Part shown: positions 23,185-30,747 of the stretch, one piece after another
How positions within the stretch are numbered: position 1 is the first letter of the stretch
Layout of the letters: every line of letters begins with the position of its first letter
Source: an uncultured Chromatiales bacterium
GTDB taxonomy: Bacteria; Pseudomonadota; Gammaproteobacteria; 21-64-14
DNA length: 57,047 nucleotides
Assembly (NCBI GenBank): GCA_964487445.1
Contig: CAZAQG010000001.1
Coordinates: forward strand, 1-57,047
Direction: 5' to 3'
Translations under genes and position numbers: made by a program
The notes under the pieces: model-generated
Database searches by the model: none
What the model was told of the DNA's origin: nothing
What the model saw: only the letters and a program-made list of their open reading frames with translations

Positions 23185-23781
23185 ATGAAATACTGTAGTC
23201 ATTGCGCCCACCCGGTGGTCCTGCGGATCCCGCGCGGGGACGGCTTTCCGCGCTACGTGTGCGACCACTGCCAGACGATTCATTATCAGAACCCGAAGAT
23301 CGTGGCCGGCTGCATCCCCGAATGGGAGGACCGGATCCTGCTGTGCCGGCGCGCCATCGAGCCGCGCTACGGACTGTGGACGGTGCCCGCGGGCTTCATG
23401 GAGAACGGCGAGACCGTGGCTGGCGCGGCGGCCCGCGAGACCCTCGAGGAGACCTGCGCCGAGGTCGATTCGTGCCGCCTCTACGCGCTGTTCAGCCTCC
23501 CGCACATCAGCCAGGTCTACCTGCTGTTCCGCGGCCGGCTCTCGGCGCCGCGCTTCGCGCCCGGCGCCGAGAGCCTCGAGGTGGAACTGTTCGAGGAGCG
23601 GGCCATCCCCTGGGACCGGCTCGCATTCCCGGTCATCCGCGAGACCCTGCGCCGGTACTTCGCCGACCGTCGCACCGGGACGTTTCCAGTGCATACCGGC
23701 GACCTCCTGCCCGACCATCGGCCCGTCGACGACACCCGACCCGGGGTGCCGGACACGACACCACCCGGGTCCCGGTCGTGA
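23185..23781 (+). CDS. NUDIX hydrolase with N-terminal zinc ribbon
   Basis: CSHC...CDHC ribbon and Nudix box GFMENGETVAGAAARETLEETCA. ATG at 23185. Confidence 0.85.
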   Translation: MKYCSHCAHPVVLRIPRGDGFPRYVCDHCQTIHYQNPKIVAGCIPEWEDRILLCRRAIEPRYGLWTVPAGFMENGETVAGAAARETLEETCAEVDSCRLYALFSLPHISQVYLLFRGRLSAPRFAPGAESLEVELFEERAIPWDRLAFPVIRETLRRYFADRRTGTFPVHTGDLLPDHRPVDDTRPGVPDTTPPGSRS

Positions 23782-23840
23782 AAAAAAACGCCAGGGAACC
23801 CACGGACCGCACGGAACACCCTGTCCGGTCCGTGGGTTCC
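23781..23840 (-). terminator. Hairpin with a T8 tract (read on the minus strand), downstream of the antiporter gene
   Basis: Perfect 15-bp stem GGAACCCACGGACCG/CGGTCCGTGGGTTCC (23795-23809 / 23826-23840). On the minus strand it is followed after 5 nt by TTTTTTTT (23781-23788). Confidence 0.5.
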
Positions 23841-23873
23841 GTGGTTCATTTCGACGCCATTGCGAAGATCAAC

Positions 23874-24000
23874 GACGTCGGCCGGGCGCGCCCGGCCCTA
23901 CAGGTGGCACAATCGACGATGTGCGTGTAGGGCGGGGCGCGGCCCTATGGATGGGCACAATCGCTGATGTGCGTGTAGGGTGGGGCACGCCCCGCCCTAC
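23874..24000. repeat. REP cluster C, including a 48-bp tandemly duplicated composite unit
   Basis: GACGTCGGCCGGGCGCGCCCGGCCCTACA, then GGCACAATCG(AC/CT)GATGTGCGTGTAGGG twice (23906 and 23954), ending in GGGGCACGCCCCGCCCTAC. The antiporter stop (23997-23999) lies inside the last unit. Confidence 0.8.
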
Positions 24001-25844
24001 GCCTCCCGGGCCGCGGGGGCGGCCGGGGCGTCGCCGGGCCGCGGCACCGGGCGCTCGGACTCTCGCAGGTAGCAGACCACCGTCTCACCGGGGCGCGGCT
24101 TGAGGGGATCGCGCGGCGACTGGAACACGACCTCGCCGCTCTCGCGCACCACCAGCATGATCAGTGCGTCGCCCGGGCAATCGCGTCGGAACGCCTCGTA
24201 GTCGTAGGTCTCGGTGAGCCGTGTTTTCTGAAAGCGCCAGCCCTGATAGTGGCGGCGCATCAGTTCGTCGTAGGTCGCCTGCTCGTCGAATACCACCCGG
24301 CCGCGGAGCGTGCGCGGCAGCCCGCGCGAGTCGTCCTCATCGCCGCCGTGCAGGCGCAGTTGAAAGACCCGGTTGCGCCCCAGCTCGGACGCGAAGTGCG
24401 TGCACACCAGTGCGTTGTAGGCATCATTGTAGGTCGCCGCCAGCAGACAACCGATCTCGTTGAGTTCCAACGACTCCTCGGAACTCTCCGAGAGCAACTC
24501 CCCGAACGAGACGCGGATACCCGACAGGCGCGCCGGCTTGAGCCGGTCCCAGGACTGATCGACCATCAACACCGGTACCTTCAACTCCTGCAGCACGCGC
24601 GCCAGCTCCACGCTCCACGGCGAGGCCCCGACGATCAGCATGCCGTTACGTTGCGTCGAAGCCAGCCCCAACCACAACGCCAGGCGCTGGATGCTCATCC
24701 CGTGCAACAGCGCGGTGGCGAGGATCAGCCCGAACACCAACGGCACCAACACCGCGGCGTCCGGGTAGCCGTGTGCCACCATCTCCGGGGCGAACACCGC
24801 GGCGACCGCGGCCGCGACGATGCCGCGCGGGGCGGTCCACGCCACCAGCGTGCGCTCCGCCCGGCTCATGCCGGCACGCCAAGTCGCCAGCAGCACCGCC
24901 GTCGGGCGGACCGCGAACACGAGCGCCGCGAGCAGCGCCACGCTGCGCCAGTTCAGGCGCCCGAGCACCGCCGGATCGAAGTCCGCCGTCAACACGACGA
25001 ACACCGCCGAGACCAGCAGCACCGTCATGTACTCCTTGTAGCGGCGGATCTCCTCGATCGACGCCAGGCGCCGGTTGCCGAGCGTGATCCCGAACACGGT
25101 GACCGCCAGCAACCCGGCCTCCGCCTGTACCCGGTTGGCCGCGATGTAGATCAACAGCACCGCCGCGAACAGCACCGGTCCTTTCAGGAATTCGGGGACA
25201 TAGCCGCGCCCGAGCGCCCCCGCCAGAAGCATCCCACTGCCCACCCCGAGCGCCGCGGCCGCCACCAGCGCCAGGACCAGCCCGGCGGCCACGGCCAGGA
25301 ACGAGGCCTGTGCCCCGGACGAGATGAAATACTGGAACACGACCACTGCGAGCAGCGCGCCCACCGGATCGTTGATGATCCCCTCCCACTTGAGGTAGGA
25401 CGCCGGGCGCCGGTTGAGCCGCGCATGGCGCAACAGGGGCATGATGACCGTGGGACCGGTCACCACCGTGATCGCGCCGAACACCAGGGCCACCGGCCAG
25501 GAGAGGCCGCCGATGAGGCGCGCGGCCAGGCTGCCCAACACCCAACTCAACACCACGCCTACGGAGACCAGTCGCTTCACACCGGTCGCCGCCTCGCGCA
25601 ATTCGTGCAGATGCAGATTGAGGCCGCCCTCGAACAGGATGATGGCGACCCCGAGGCGGATGATCGGATGCAGCAGCGCGCCGAAGTCGCGCGAGGGGTG
25701 GAGCCAGCCGAACACCGGCCCGGCGAGCAGGCCCACGATCAACAACAGTACGATCGTGGGCTGATGCAACCGCCACGCCACCCACTGGGCGCCGATCCCC
25801 AGTGCCGCCACGAGCGCCAGGGCCAGGGTGAGGTCGTGGTGCAT
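23997..25844 (-). CDS. CPA1-family Na+/H+ (cation/proton) antiporter with C-terminal cytoplasmic regulatory domain
   Basis: 615 aa from ATG 25844, with about 12 hydrophobic segments, then an RCK/TrkA-like tail (LIVGASPWSVELARVLQE...). Confidence 0.87.
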   Translation of the reverse strand: MHHDLTLALALVAALGIGAQWVAWRLHQPTIVLLLIVGLLAGPVFGWLHPSRDFGALLHPIIRLGVAIILFEGGLNLHLHELREAATGVKRLVSVGVVLSWVLGSLAARLIGGLSWPVALVFGAITVVTGPTVIMPLLRHARLNRRPASYLKWEGIINDPVGALLAVVVFQYFISSGAQASFLAVAAGLVLALVAAAALGVGSGMLLAGALGRGYVPEFLKGPVLFAAVLLIYIAANRVQAEAGLLAVTVFGITLGNRRLASIEEIRRYKEYMTVLLVSAVFVVLTADFDPAVLGRLNWRSVALLAALVFAVRPTAVLLATWRAGMSRAERTLVAWTAPRGIVAAAVAAVFAPEMVAHGYPDAAVLVPLVFGLILATALLHGMSIQRLALWLGLASTQRNGMLIVGASPWSVELARVLQELKVPVLMVDQSWDRLKPARLSGIRVSFGELLSESSEESLELNEIGCLLAATYNDAYNALVCTHFASELGRNRVFQLRLHGGDEDDSRGLPRTLRGRVVFDEQATYDELMRRHYQGWRFQKTRLTETYDYEAFRRDCPGDALIMLVVRESGEVVFQSPRDPLKPRPGETVVCYLRESERPVPRPGDAPAAPAAREA

Positions 25845-26167
25845 GCACGCTCCGCTACGGATCCGTCCCAGCCGGACACCCTTTATACCGTTCCCTTCGG
25901 GGCCGGTCGACCGGGATTCGGGGACGCGCAGGGACATGCGGGATTGTCGGAGATCTTTACACGCCGGGGCGGGCACGGGAAGCGCGCGGCACGCCATCGC
26001 CGCAGATTTCGGATGGACGGGGTACGGCTGTCAAGATTTTTTACACCGGCGAATCCCCTAACTTCTTCTATTTTCAAGAGTTCTCACGAACCAGGGCCTG
26101 GCGGCCGGCGTACACCGCCATACGCCGCCGTTATACCGGATCCCCGGTGGATGCACGAAAGATGGCC

Positions 26168-26189
26168 TGTTTACAACAAGTTGGAAACA
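26168..26189. promoter_or_regulatory. Palindrome TGTTTACAACA/AGTTGGAAACA (candidate enhancer-binding-protein UAS)
   Basis: 9/11 matching half-sites, centred about 155 bp upstream of the sigma54 -12 element. Confidence 0.35.
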
Positions 26190-26318
26190 TTCGATGCGAT
26201 CGTGCGGGACCCTGCGGTGTCGGGGATCTTTACAATCCGGCCCCGCTCCGGCCCCGTACTGCGCTCCGGCCCGGAGGTTATTTCCTAACACGTTGCGACA
26301 CAATAGAAATTTCCACCC

Positions 26319-26334
26319 TGGCACCGAATTTGCT
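26319..26334 (+). promoter_or_regulatory. Sigma54 (RpoN) -24/-12 promoter
   Basis: TGGCAC-CGAAT-TTGCT matches the TGGCAC-N5-TTGCW core exactly with correct GG/GC spacing. It points at the small ORF at 26472. Confidence 0.55.
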
Positions 26335-26471
26335 TGAAATTACTGTACAAAGATGCAGCGAATCGATGGAAACGCCCGAACGGCGGGCGATCCGAACGAT
26401 ACCGCAGCCCGGCGGCGGAGTTGCCGGGTCGATATCAGAGTGCAGAATGCGACGCTACGGAGGTCCCGGCG

Positions 26472-26645
26472 ATGAGCGTTTCGAGGACAATCAACGGGCG
26501 GATGGTGGTCGCGCGTCCAGTCTTCAAGGGCGCCGCGCTGCCCGCCTACTGGGTCGGGGCCGTCAACGACCGGCCGATGCCCCGGACCTTCCCGTCCGCC
26601 CACGACGTGTTCCGCTTCGTCGAACACAACGCCCGGCGCGTTTGA
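26472..26645 (+). CDS. Small hypothetical protein (57 aa)
   Basis: ATG at 26472 with GGAGG 7 nt upstream. About 88% G/C at third positions by my count. MSVSRTINGRMVVARPVFKGAALPAYWVGAVNDRPMPRTFPSAHDVFRFVEHNARRV. No family recognised. Confidence 0.55.
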   Translation: MSVSRTINGRMVVARPVFKGAALPAYWVGAVNDRPMPRTFPSAHDVFRFVEHNARRV

Positions 26646-26657
26646 TCCGGGGGTGAG

Positions 26658-26767
26658 GAGTTCAAGGGGTCAGCAGGAGTTCAAGGGGGCAGAGTACTTG
26701 AAATTCCACCTGTGCCGACTCCTTGTGCTGTCATTGAAAATTTCAAGTACTCTGACCCCTTGAACTC
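26658..26767. repeat. 91-bp MITE-like element, copy 2 (26677-26767), preceded by an extra 18-bp half-arm (26658-26675)
   Basis: The arms GAGTTCAAGGGGGCAGAGTACTTGAAATT and AATTTCAAGTACTCTGACCCCTTGAACTC pair at 28/29 positions. The 33-nt centre is about 21/33 identical to copy 1, sharing TCCTTG.GCTGTC. The right end abuts the nrdJb stop at 26768. Confidence 0.85.
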
Positions 26768-27499
26768 TCAGCCGCACTTGGAATCGCCGCAATTCAGGCA
26801 GGTCAGGCAACCGTCCATCAGGATCACCGCCTTGGTCCGGCACTTGCCGCACAACCGCGCACTCTCCGGAAAAGCGGCCTCCGTGCCGCCTTTCCCCGAT
26901 CCGCCCCCGGAGTCGTCTCTGCGCGAGGCCTCGTACTCGGCGCGCTTCTCCTCCACGAACCGCTGCTGATGCTCGTCGAGCCCATCGTCCTCGATCAACC
27001 CGATCATGCGCAGGTGGCGCTCGATGACGTCACCGATCTCGGCGACCAACGACGGCATGAACACACCACCCTTTTTGAAATAGCCGCCGCGCGGGTCGAA
27101 CACCGAACGCATCTCCTCGACCAGGAAGGTGACGTCGCCGCCCTTGCGGAATACCGCCGAAATGATGCGGGTCAGCGCCACGATCCACTGAAAGTGATCC
27201 ATGTTCTTCGAGTTGATGAAGATCTCGAAGGGGCGGCGCAATTCGTATTCGGTGTCCGGGTTGAGAATGATGTCGTTGATGGTCACGTATAGGGCGTGCT
27301 CGGAGAGCGGGGTCTTGACCTTGTAGGTGGAGCCGAACAGCGCCGCCGGACGCTCCACCTTCTCGTGCATCTGGATGATGTTCGAGTCCCCGGCGGCGGG
27401 CGGCGCCGGTTCGGCGGATGCCGGCGTCGCGGCGCCGGCGTCCGGCCCTTCCGTGACGACCTCGTACTCGGTGATCCTGCCTTCGATCTTGATGCTCAT
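26768..27499 (-). CDS. nrdJb: Class II (adenosylcobalamin-dependent) ribonucleotide reductase, C-terminal subunit NrdJb
   Basis: 243 aa from ATG 27499 (GGAGG upstream). Contains STYKVKTP...LYVTIND...PFEIFINSKN and the C-terminal Cys cluster CGKC...CLTCLNCGDSKCG. Confidence 0.85.
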   Translation of the reverse strand: MSIKIEGRITEYEVVTEGPDAGAATPASAEPAPPAAGDSNIIQMHEKVERPAALFGSTYKVKTPLSEHALYVTINDIILNPDTEYELRRPFEIFINSKNMDHFQWIVALTRIISAVFRKGGDVTFLVEEMRSVFDPRGGYFKKGGVFMPSLVAEIGDVIERHLRMIGLIEDDGLDEHQQRFVEEKRAEYEASRRDDSGGGSGKGGTEAAFPESARLCGKCRTKAVILMDGCLTCLNCGDSKCG

Positions 27500-27567
27500 G
27501 TCCGCCCTCCCGTGCGCGCGCCGGCGATCGATGCGACCGCCGCGCGAGGATTGTCCGTGCAGGCCTT

Positions 27568-29721
27568 TCAAAGCTTCCCGTAGTAGCCTTCCTTGAGCGC
27601 GTCGTACAGATTGGCCGCGGTATGCATCTCGCCGTCGTACTCGATCTCCTCGTTGCCCTTGACCTCGATCTCCGATCCGTCCTCCAGCGTGAACCGGTAG
27701 GTGGTCTTCGCCAGGTCCTTCTCCTGGACCAGCACCCCCTGGAAGGCCTCGGGGTTGAAGCGGAACGTGGTGCAGCCCTTCAACCCCTGCTCGTAGGCGT
27801 AGAGGTAGATATCCTTGAAGTCCTCGTAGGCGTAGTCGGTCGGGACGTTGGCGGTCTTGGAGATCGAGGAGTCGATCCATCTCTGCGCCGCCGCCTGGAT
27901 GTCGACGTGTTCGCGCGGCGTGATGTCCTCCGAGGTGACGAAGTACTCCGGCAACGCGGCGTCCGGGGAATCGGCGTCGGGCGCGGCCGCAGGGTTCACC
28001 AGCGCACGGTAGGCGAGCAGCTCGAAGGAACAGACGTCCATCTTCTCCTTGGTCTTGCGCCCCTGGCGGATCACGTTGCGGGAATAGCGGTGCGCGAAGC
28101 TCGGCTCGATCCCGTTGCTGGCATTGTTGGCGAGCGAGAGCGAGATCGTGCCGGTGGGCGCGATCGAGGTGTGATGGGTGAAGCGCGCACCTTCCCCGGC
28201 AAGCGTCTCGACCAGTTCCGGGGCCGCCTCCGCGAGACGCTGCATGTAGCGGCTGTAGCGCGCGTGCAGCACCCGTCCGGGGAGCCGGTCGCCGGCGCGC
28301 ACGCCGTCGGCGCGCATCTCCGGGCGCTTGACCAGCATCTCCTCGGTGACCGTGAACGACTCCTCGAGGATCGGGGCCGGGCCCTTCTCACGACCCAGTT
28401 CCAGGGCGCTCTCCCAGCCGGTCACCGCCATCTCGCGCGTCACCCGATCGGTGAAATCGATCGAGTCGGGCGCGCCGTAGCGCATGCGCAGCATGGTCAG
28501 CGTCGAGCCGAGTCCGAGGTAGCCCATGCCATGCCGGCGCTTGCGGAAGATCTCCTCGCGCTGGCGCCCGAGCGGGAGCCCGTTGATCTCGACCACGTCG
28601 TCGAGCATGCGCGTGAATACGGACACCACCTCGCGGTACTCGTCCCAGTCGAAGCGGGCCTTTTCGGTGAACGGATCGCGCACGAACTTGGTGAGGTTCA
28701 CCGAGCCCAGAAGGCATGAGCCGTAGGGAGGAAGAGGCTGCTCGCCGCAGGGGTTGGTGGCGCGGACGTCCTCGCACCACCAGTTGTTGTTCATCTCGTT
28801 GACCTTGTCGATCAGGATGAAGCCCGGCTCGGCATAGTCGTAGGTCGAGGCCATGATCAGGTCCCAGAGCCGGCGCGCATGGATCGTACGGTAGACCCGG
28901 CATGCGACCAGTCCCTGCGCGTCGGTGATGTAGCCTTCGTGCACCGGCCACTCGCGCCACACCACGCGCTCCTCATCGCGCAGATCGATCCCCTCGCTGT
29001 CCACCTCCTCGCGCGTGAGCGGAAACGCCGGGCGCCACGGGGCGTCGTGTTTGACGGCCTCCATGAATTCCCCGGTGATGAGCAGCGAGCAGTTGAATTG
29101 GCGCAGGCGCCCGTTCTCGCGCTTGGCGCGGACGAACTCCATCACGTCCGGGTGCCCGACGCTGAAGGTCGCCATCTGCGCGCCGCGACGCCCGCCGGCC
29201 GAGGAAATCGTGAAGCACATCTTGTCGTAGATATCCATGAACGACAGCGGCCCGGAAGTGTAGGCGCCGGCGCCCGAGACGTAGGCGCCGCGCGGGCGCA
29301 GGGTGGAAAATTCATAACCGATTCCGCATCCCGCCTTGAGCGTGAGCCCCGCCTCGTGGACCTTCTCCAGGATGTCGTTCATCGAGTCCCGGATGGTGCC
29401 CGAGACGGTGCAGTTGATCGTGGAGGTGGCGGGCTTGTAGGCCAGGGCGCCGGCGTTGGACGTGATGCGCCCGGCGGGAATCGCGCCGCGACGCAGCGCC
29501 CACAGGAAGCGTTCGTACCAGTGCTCGCGGGCCTCGGGGGTGGCCTCCACCTCGGCCAGCGCGCGCGCCACGCGCCGGTAGGTATCGTCCATGGTGGCGT
29601 CCACGACGGTACCGTCCTTCGCCTTCAGACGGTACTTCTTGTCCCAGATGTCCAGGGAGGTCTCCTGATACGGGATCTCGCCGGTGCCGCCGGCGACCAC
29701 ACTGAGGTGTGCGGTTTTCAT
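27568..29721 (-). CDS. nrdJa: Class II ribonucleotide reductase, large N-terminal subunit NrdJa
   Basis: 717 aa from ATG 29721. Contains WDKKYRL, TSNAGA, INCTVSG, GCGIGYEFSTLRPRGA, TNPCGEQPLPPYGSCLLGS and ISKTAN motifs. Confidence 0.92.
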   Translation of the reverse strand: MKTAHLSVVAGGTGEIPYQETSLDIWDKKYRLKAKDGTVVDATMDDTYRRVARALAEVEATPEAREHWYERFLWALRRGAIPAGRITSNAGALAYKPATSTINCTVSGTIRDSMNDILEKVHEAGLTLKAGCGIGYEFSTLRPRGAYVSGAGAYTSGPLSFMDIYDKMCFTISSAGGRRGAQMATFSVGHPDVMEFVRAKRENGRLRQFNCSLLITGEFMEAVKHDAPWRPAFPLTREEVDSEGIDLRDEERVVWREWPVHEGYITDAQGLVACRVYRTIHARRLWDLIMASTYDYAEPGFILIDKVNEMNNNWWCEDVRATNPCGEQPLPPYGSCLLGSVNLTKFVRDPFTEKARFDWDEYREVVSVFTRMLDDVVEINGLPLGRQREEIFRKRRHGMGYLGLGSTLTMLRMRYGAPDSIDFTDRVTREMAVTGWESALELGREKGPAPILEESFTVTEEMLVKRPEMRADGVRAGDRLPGRVLHARYSRYMQRLAEAAPELVETLAGEGARFTHHTSIAPTGTISLSLANNASNGIEPSFAHRYSRNVIRQGRKTKEKMDVCSFELLAYRALVNPAAAPDADSPDAALPEYFVTSEDITPREHVDIQAAAQRWIDSSISKTANVPTDYAYEDFKDIYLYAYEQGLKGCTTFRFNPEAFQGVLVQEKDLAKTTYRFTLEDGSEIEVKGNEEIEYDGEMHTAANLYDALKEGYYGKL

Positions 29722-29871
29722 CGTGGTGCATCCCCCTCCGCTCGTTATTTTGGACGCAGGACCGACCGGACGATGCGTCCGAGCGAGCCGCGACAGCCGA
29801 TGCCTCCGGACGGATCCCGGGGGCCCGGCGACGGCCGCCGCCCGGACCCGAAACCGGTCCGGACCGGCCCG

Positions 29872-29887
29872 ACACAAGATGTTGTGC
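29872..29887. promoter_or_regulatory. Candidate NrdR box
   Basis: ACACAAGATGTTGTGC, a 16-bp palindrome of the acaCwAnATaTwGtgt type, about 150 nt upstream of the nrdJa start. No tandem partner at the usual spacing. Confidence 0.4.
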
Positions 29888-30044
29888 CGGATTGGAAACT
29901 AGCCCCTTCCCGGCGCGCCTGTCAAGCCTCGGAGCGGCCTAATTATAGAAAATTTACAATAATAAAAACAATAGGTTATATGTACCCTTTTGGATTCCCT
30001 CGAGTTTTTTATGGGTCTCTACCGACCCTGCGAAAACCCGCGTC

Positions 30045-30060
30045 CTACAACATATTGTGC
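30045..30060. promoter_or_regulatory. Candidate NrdR box (second, distant)
   Basis: CTACAACATATTGTGC, with palindromic core ACAACATATTGT, about 325 nt upstream of nrdJa. It lies in the shared region with the Hsp20 gene. Confidence 0.3.
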
Positions 30061-30108
30061 CCGATACCGGCCTCGGTTCACGCCCCTTTCGGGGCGCGGA
30101 TCCCCGCC

Positions 30109-30135
30109 CTTGAAAAGCCCTCTCGTGCCTATATG
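30109..30135 (+). promoter_or_regulatory. Sigma32-like heat-shock promoter candidate for the Hsp20 gene
   Basis: CTTGAAA-N12-CCTATATG, compared with the CTTGAAA-N13/14-CCCCATNT consensus. Located 60-85 nt upstream of the start. The spacer is short. Confidence 0.35.
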
Positions 30136-30192
30136 TACTCTATCGACGGCACGGATATACGGTGCGTGCCGACGCAAACCGAACTGGAGGAT

Positions 30193-30642
30193 ATGGACAT
30201 GGCACTGATCCGCTACGAGCCCTGGAGCTTGGTGAATCAGCTCCAGAACGAGATCAACCGGCTGTTCGACCCCCGCGTACTCGGGGAGCGGGACGAGGCC
30301 AGTGCGGCGACCAGCGACTGGATCCCCGCGGTGGACATCCGCGAGGAGGCCGACCGTTATGTGCTGCACGCGGACGTCCCCGGGGTCGATCCGAAGGACA
30401 TCGAGATCACGATGGAGAACGGCGTCCTCACGATGCAAGGCAGCCGCGTCACGGAGAGCGAGGAAGAGCGCAAGAACTACAAGCGCGTGGAACGGGTCCG
30501 CGGGACCTTCTACCGGCGTTTCACGCTCCCCGACACCGCCGATGCCGAGAAGATCTCGGCGCGCGTGGTAAATGGGGTGCTGGAGGTCTCGATTCCCAAG
30601 CAGGAGCCGGCGCGACCGCGTAAGATCGCCGTGCAGACCTGA
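30193..30642 (+). CDS. Small heat-shock protein, Hsp20/alpha-crystallin family (IbpA-like)
   Basis: WIPAVDIREEADRYVLHADVPGVDPKDIEITMENGVLTMQG...RRFTLPDTADAEKISARVVNGVLEVSIPK. The start is ATG 30193 or 30199; GGAGG lies at 30186-30190. Confidence 0.9.
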   Translation: MDMALIRYEPWSLVNQLQNEINRLFDPRVLGERDEASAATSDWIPAVDIREEADRYVLHADVPGVDPKDIEITMENGVLTMQGSRVTESEEERKNYKRVERVRGTFYRRFTLPDTADAEKISARVVNGVLEVSIPKQEPARPRKIAVQT

Positions 30643-30747
30643 GGGCTCGGGAAGAATCCGTCCCGCGACGGATCGGCCCACCAACCGTGACCCGCGGGTC
30701 CGCGCCCGTCGCACAGCGGGCCGAGCCCCGCGGGTCCTCTTTGACGG

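Noticed and set aside
26147-26656. 169-aa ORF and the 103-aa form (26334-26645) spanning the sigma54 region.
   Set aside because: The upstream parts cross the promoter and palindrome and have poor coding bias. Only the last 57 codons, after the GGAGG-ATG, look coding.
29722-29871. Cobalamin riboswitch in the nrdJa leader.
   Set aside because: No B12-box-like sequence was seen. B12 riboswitches usually control the B12-independent RNRs, not nrdJ.
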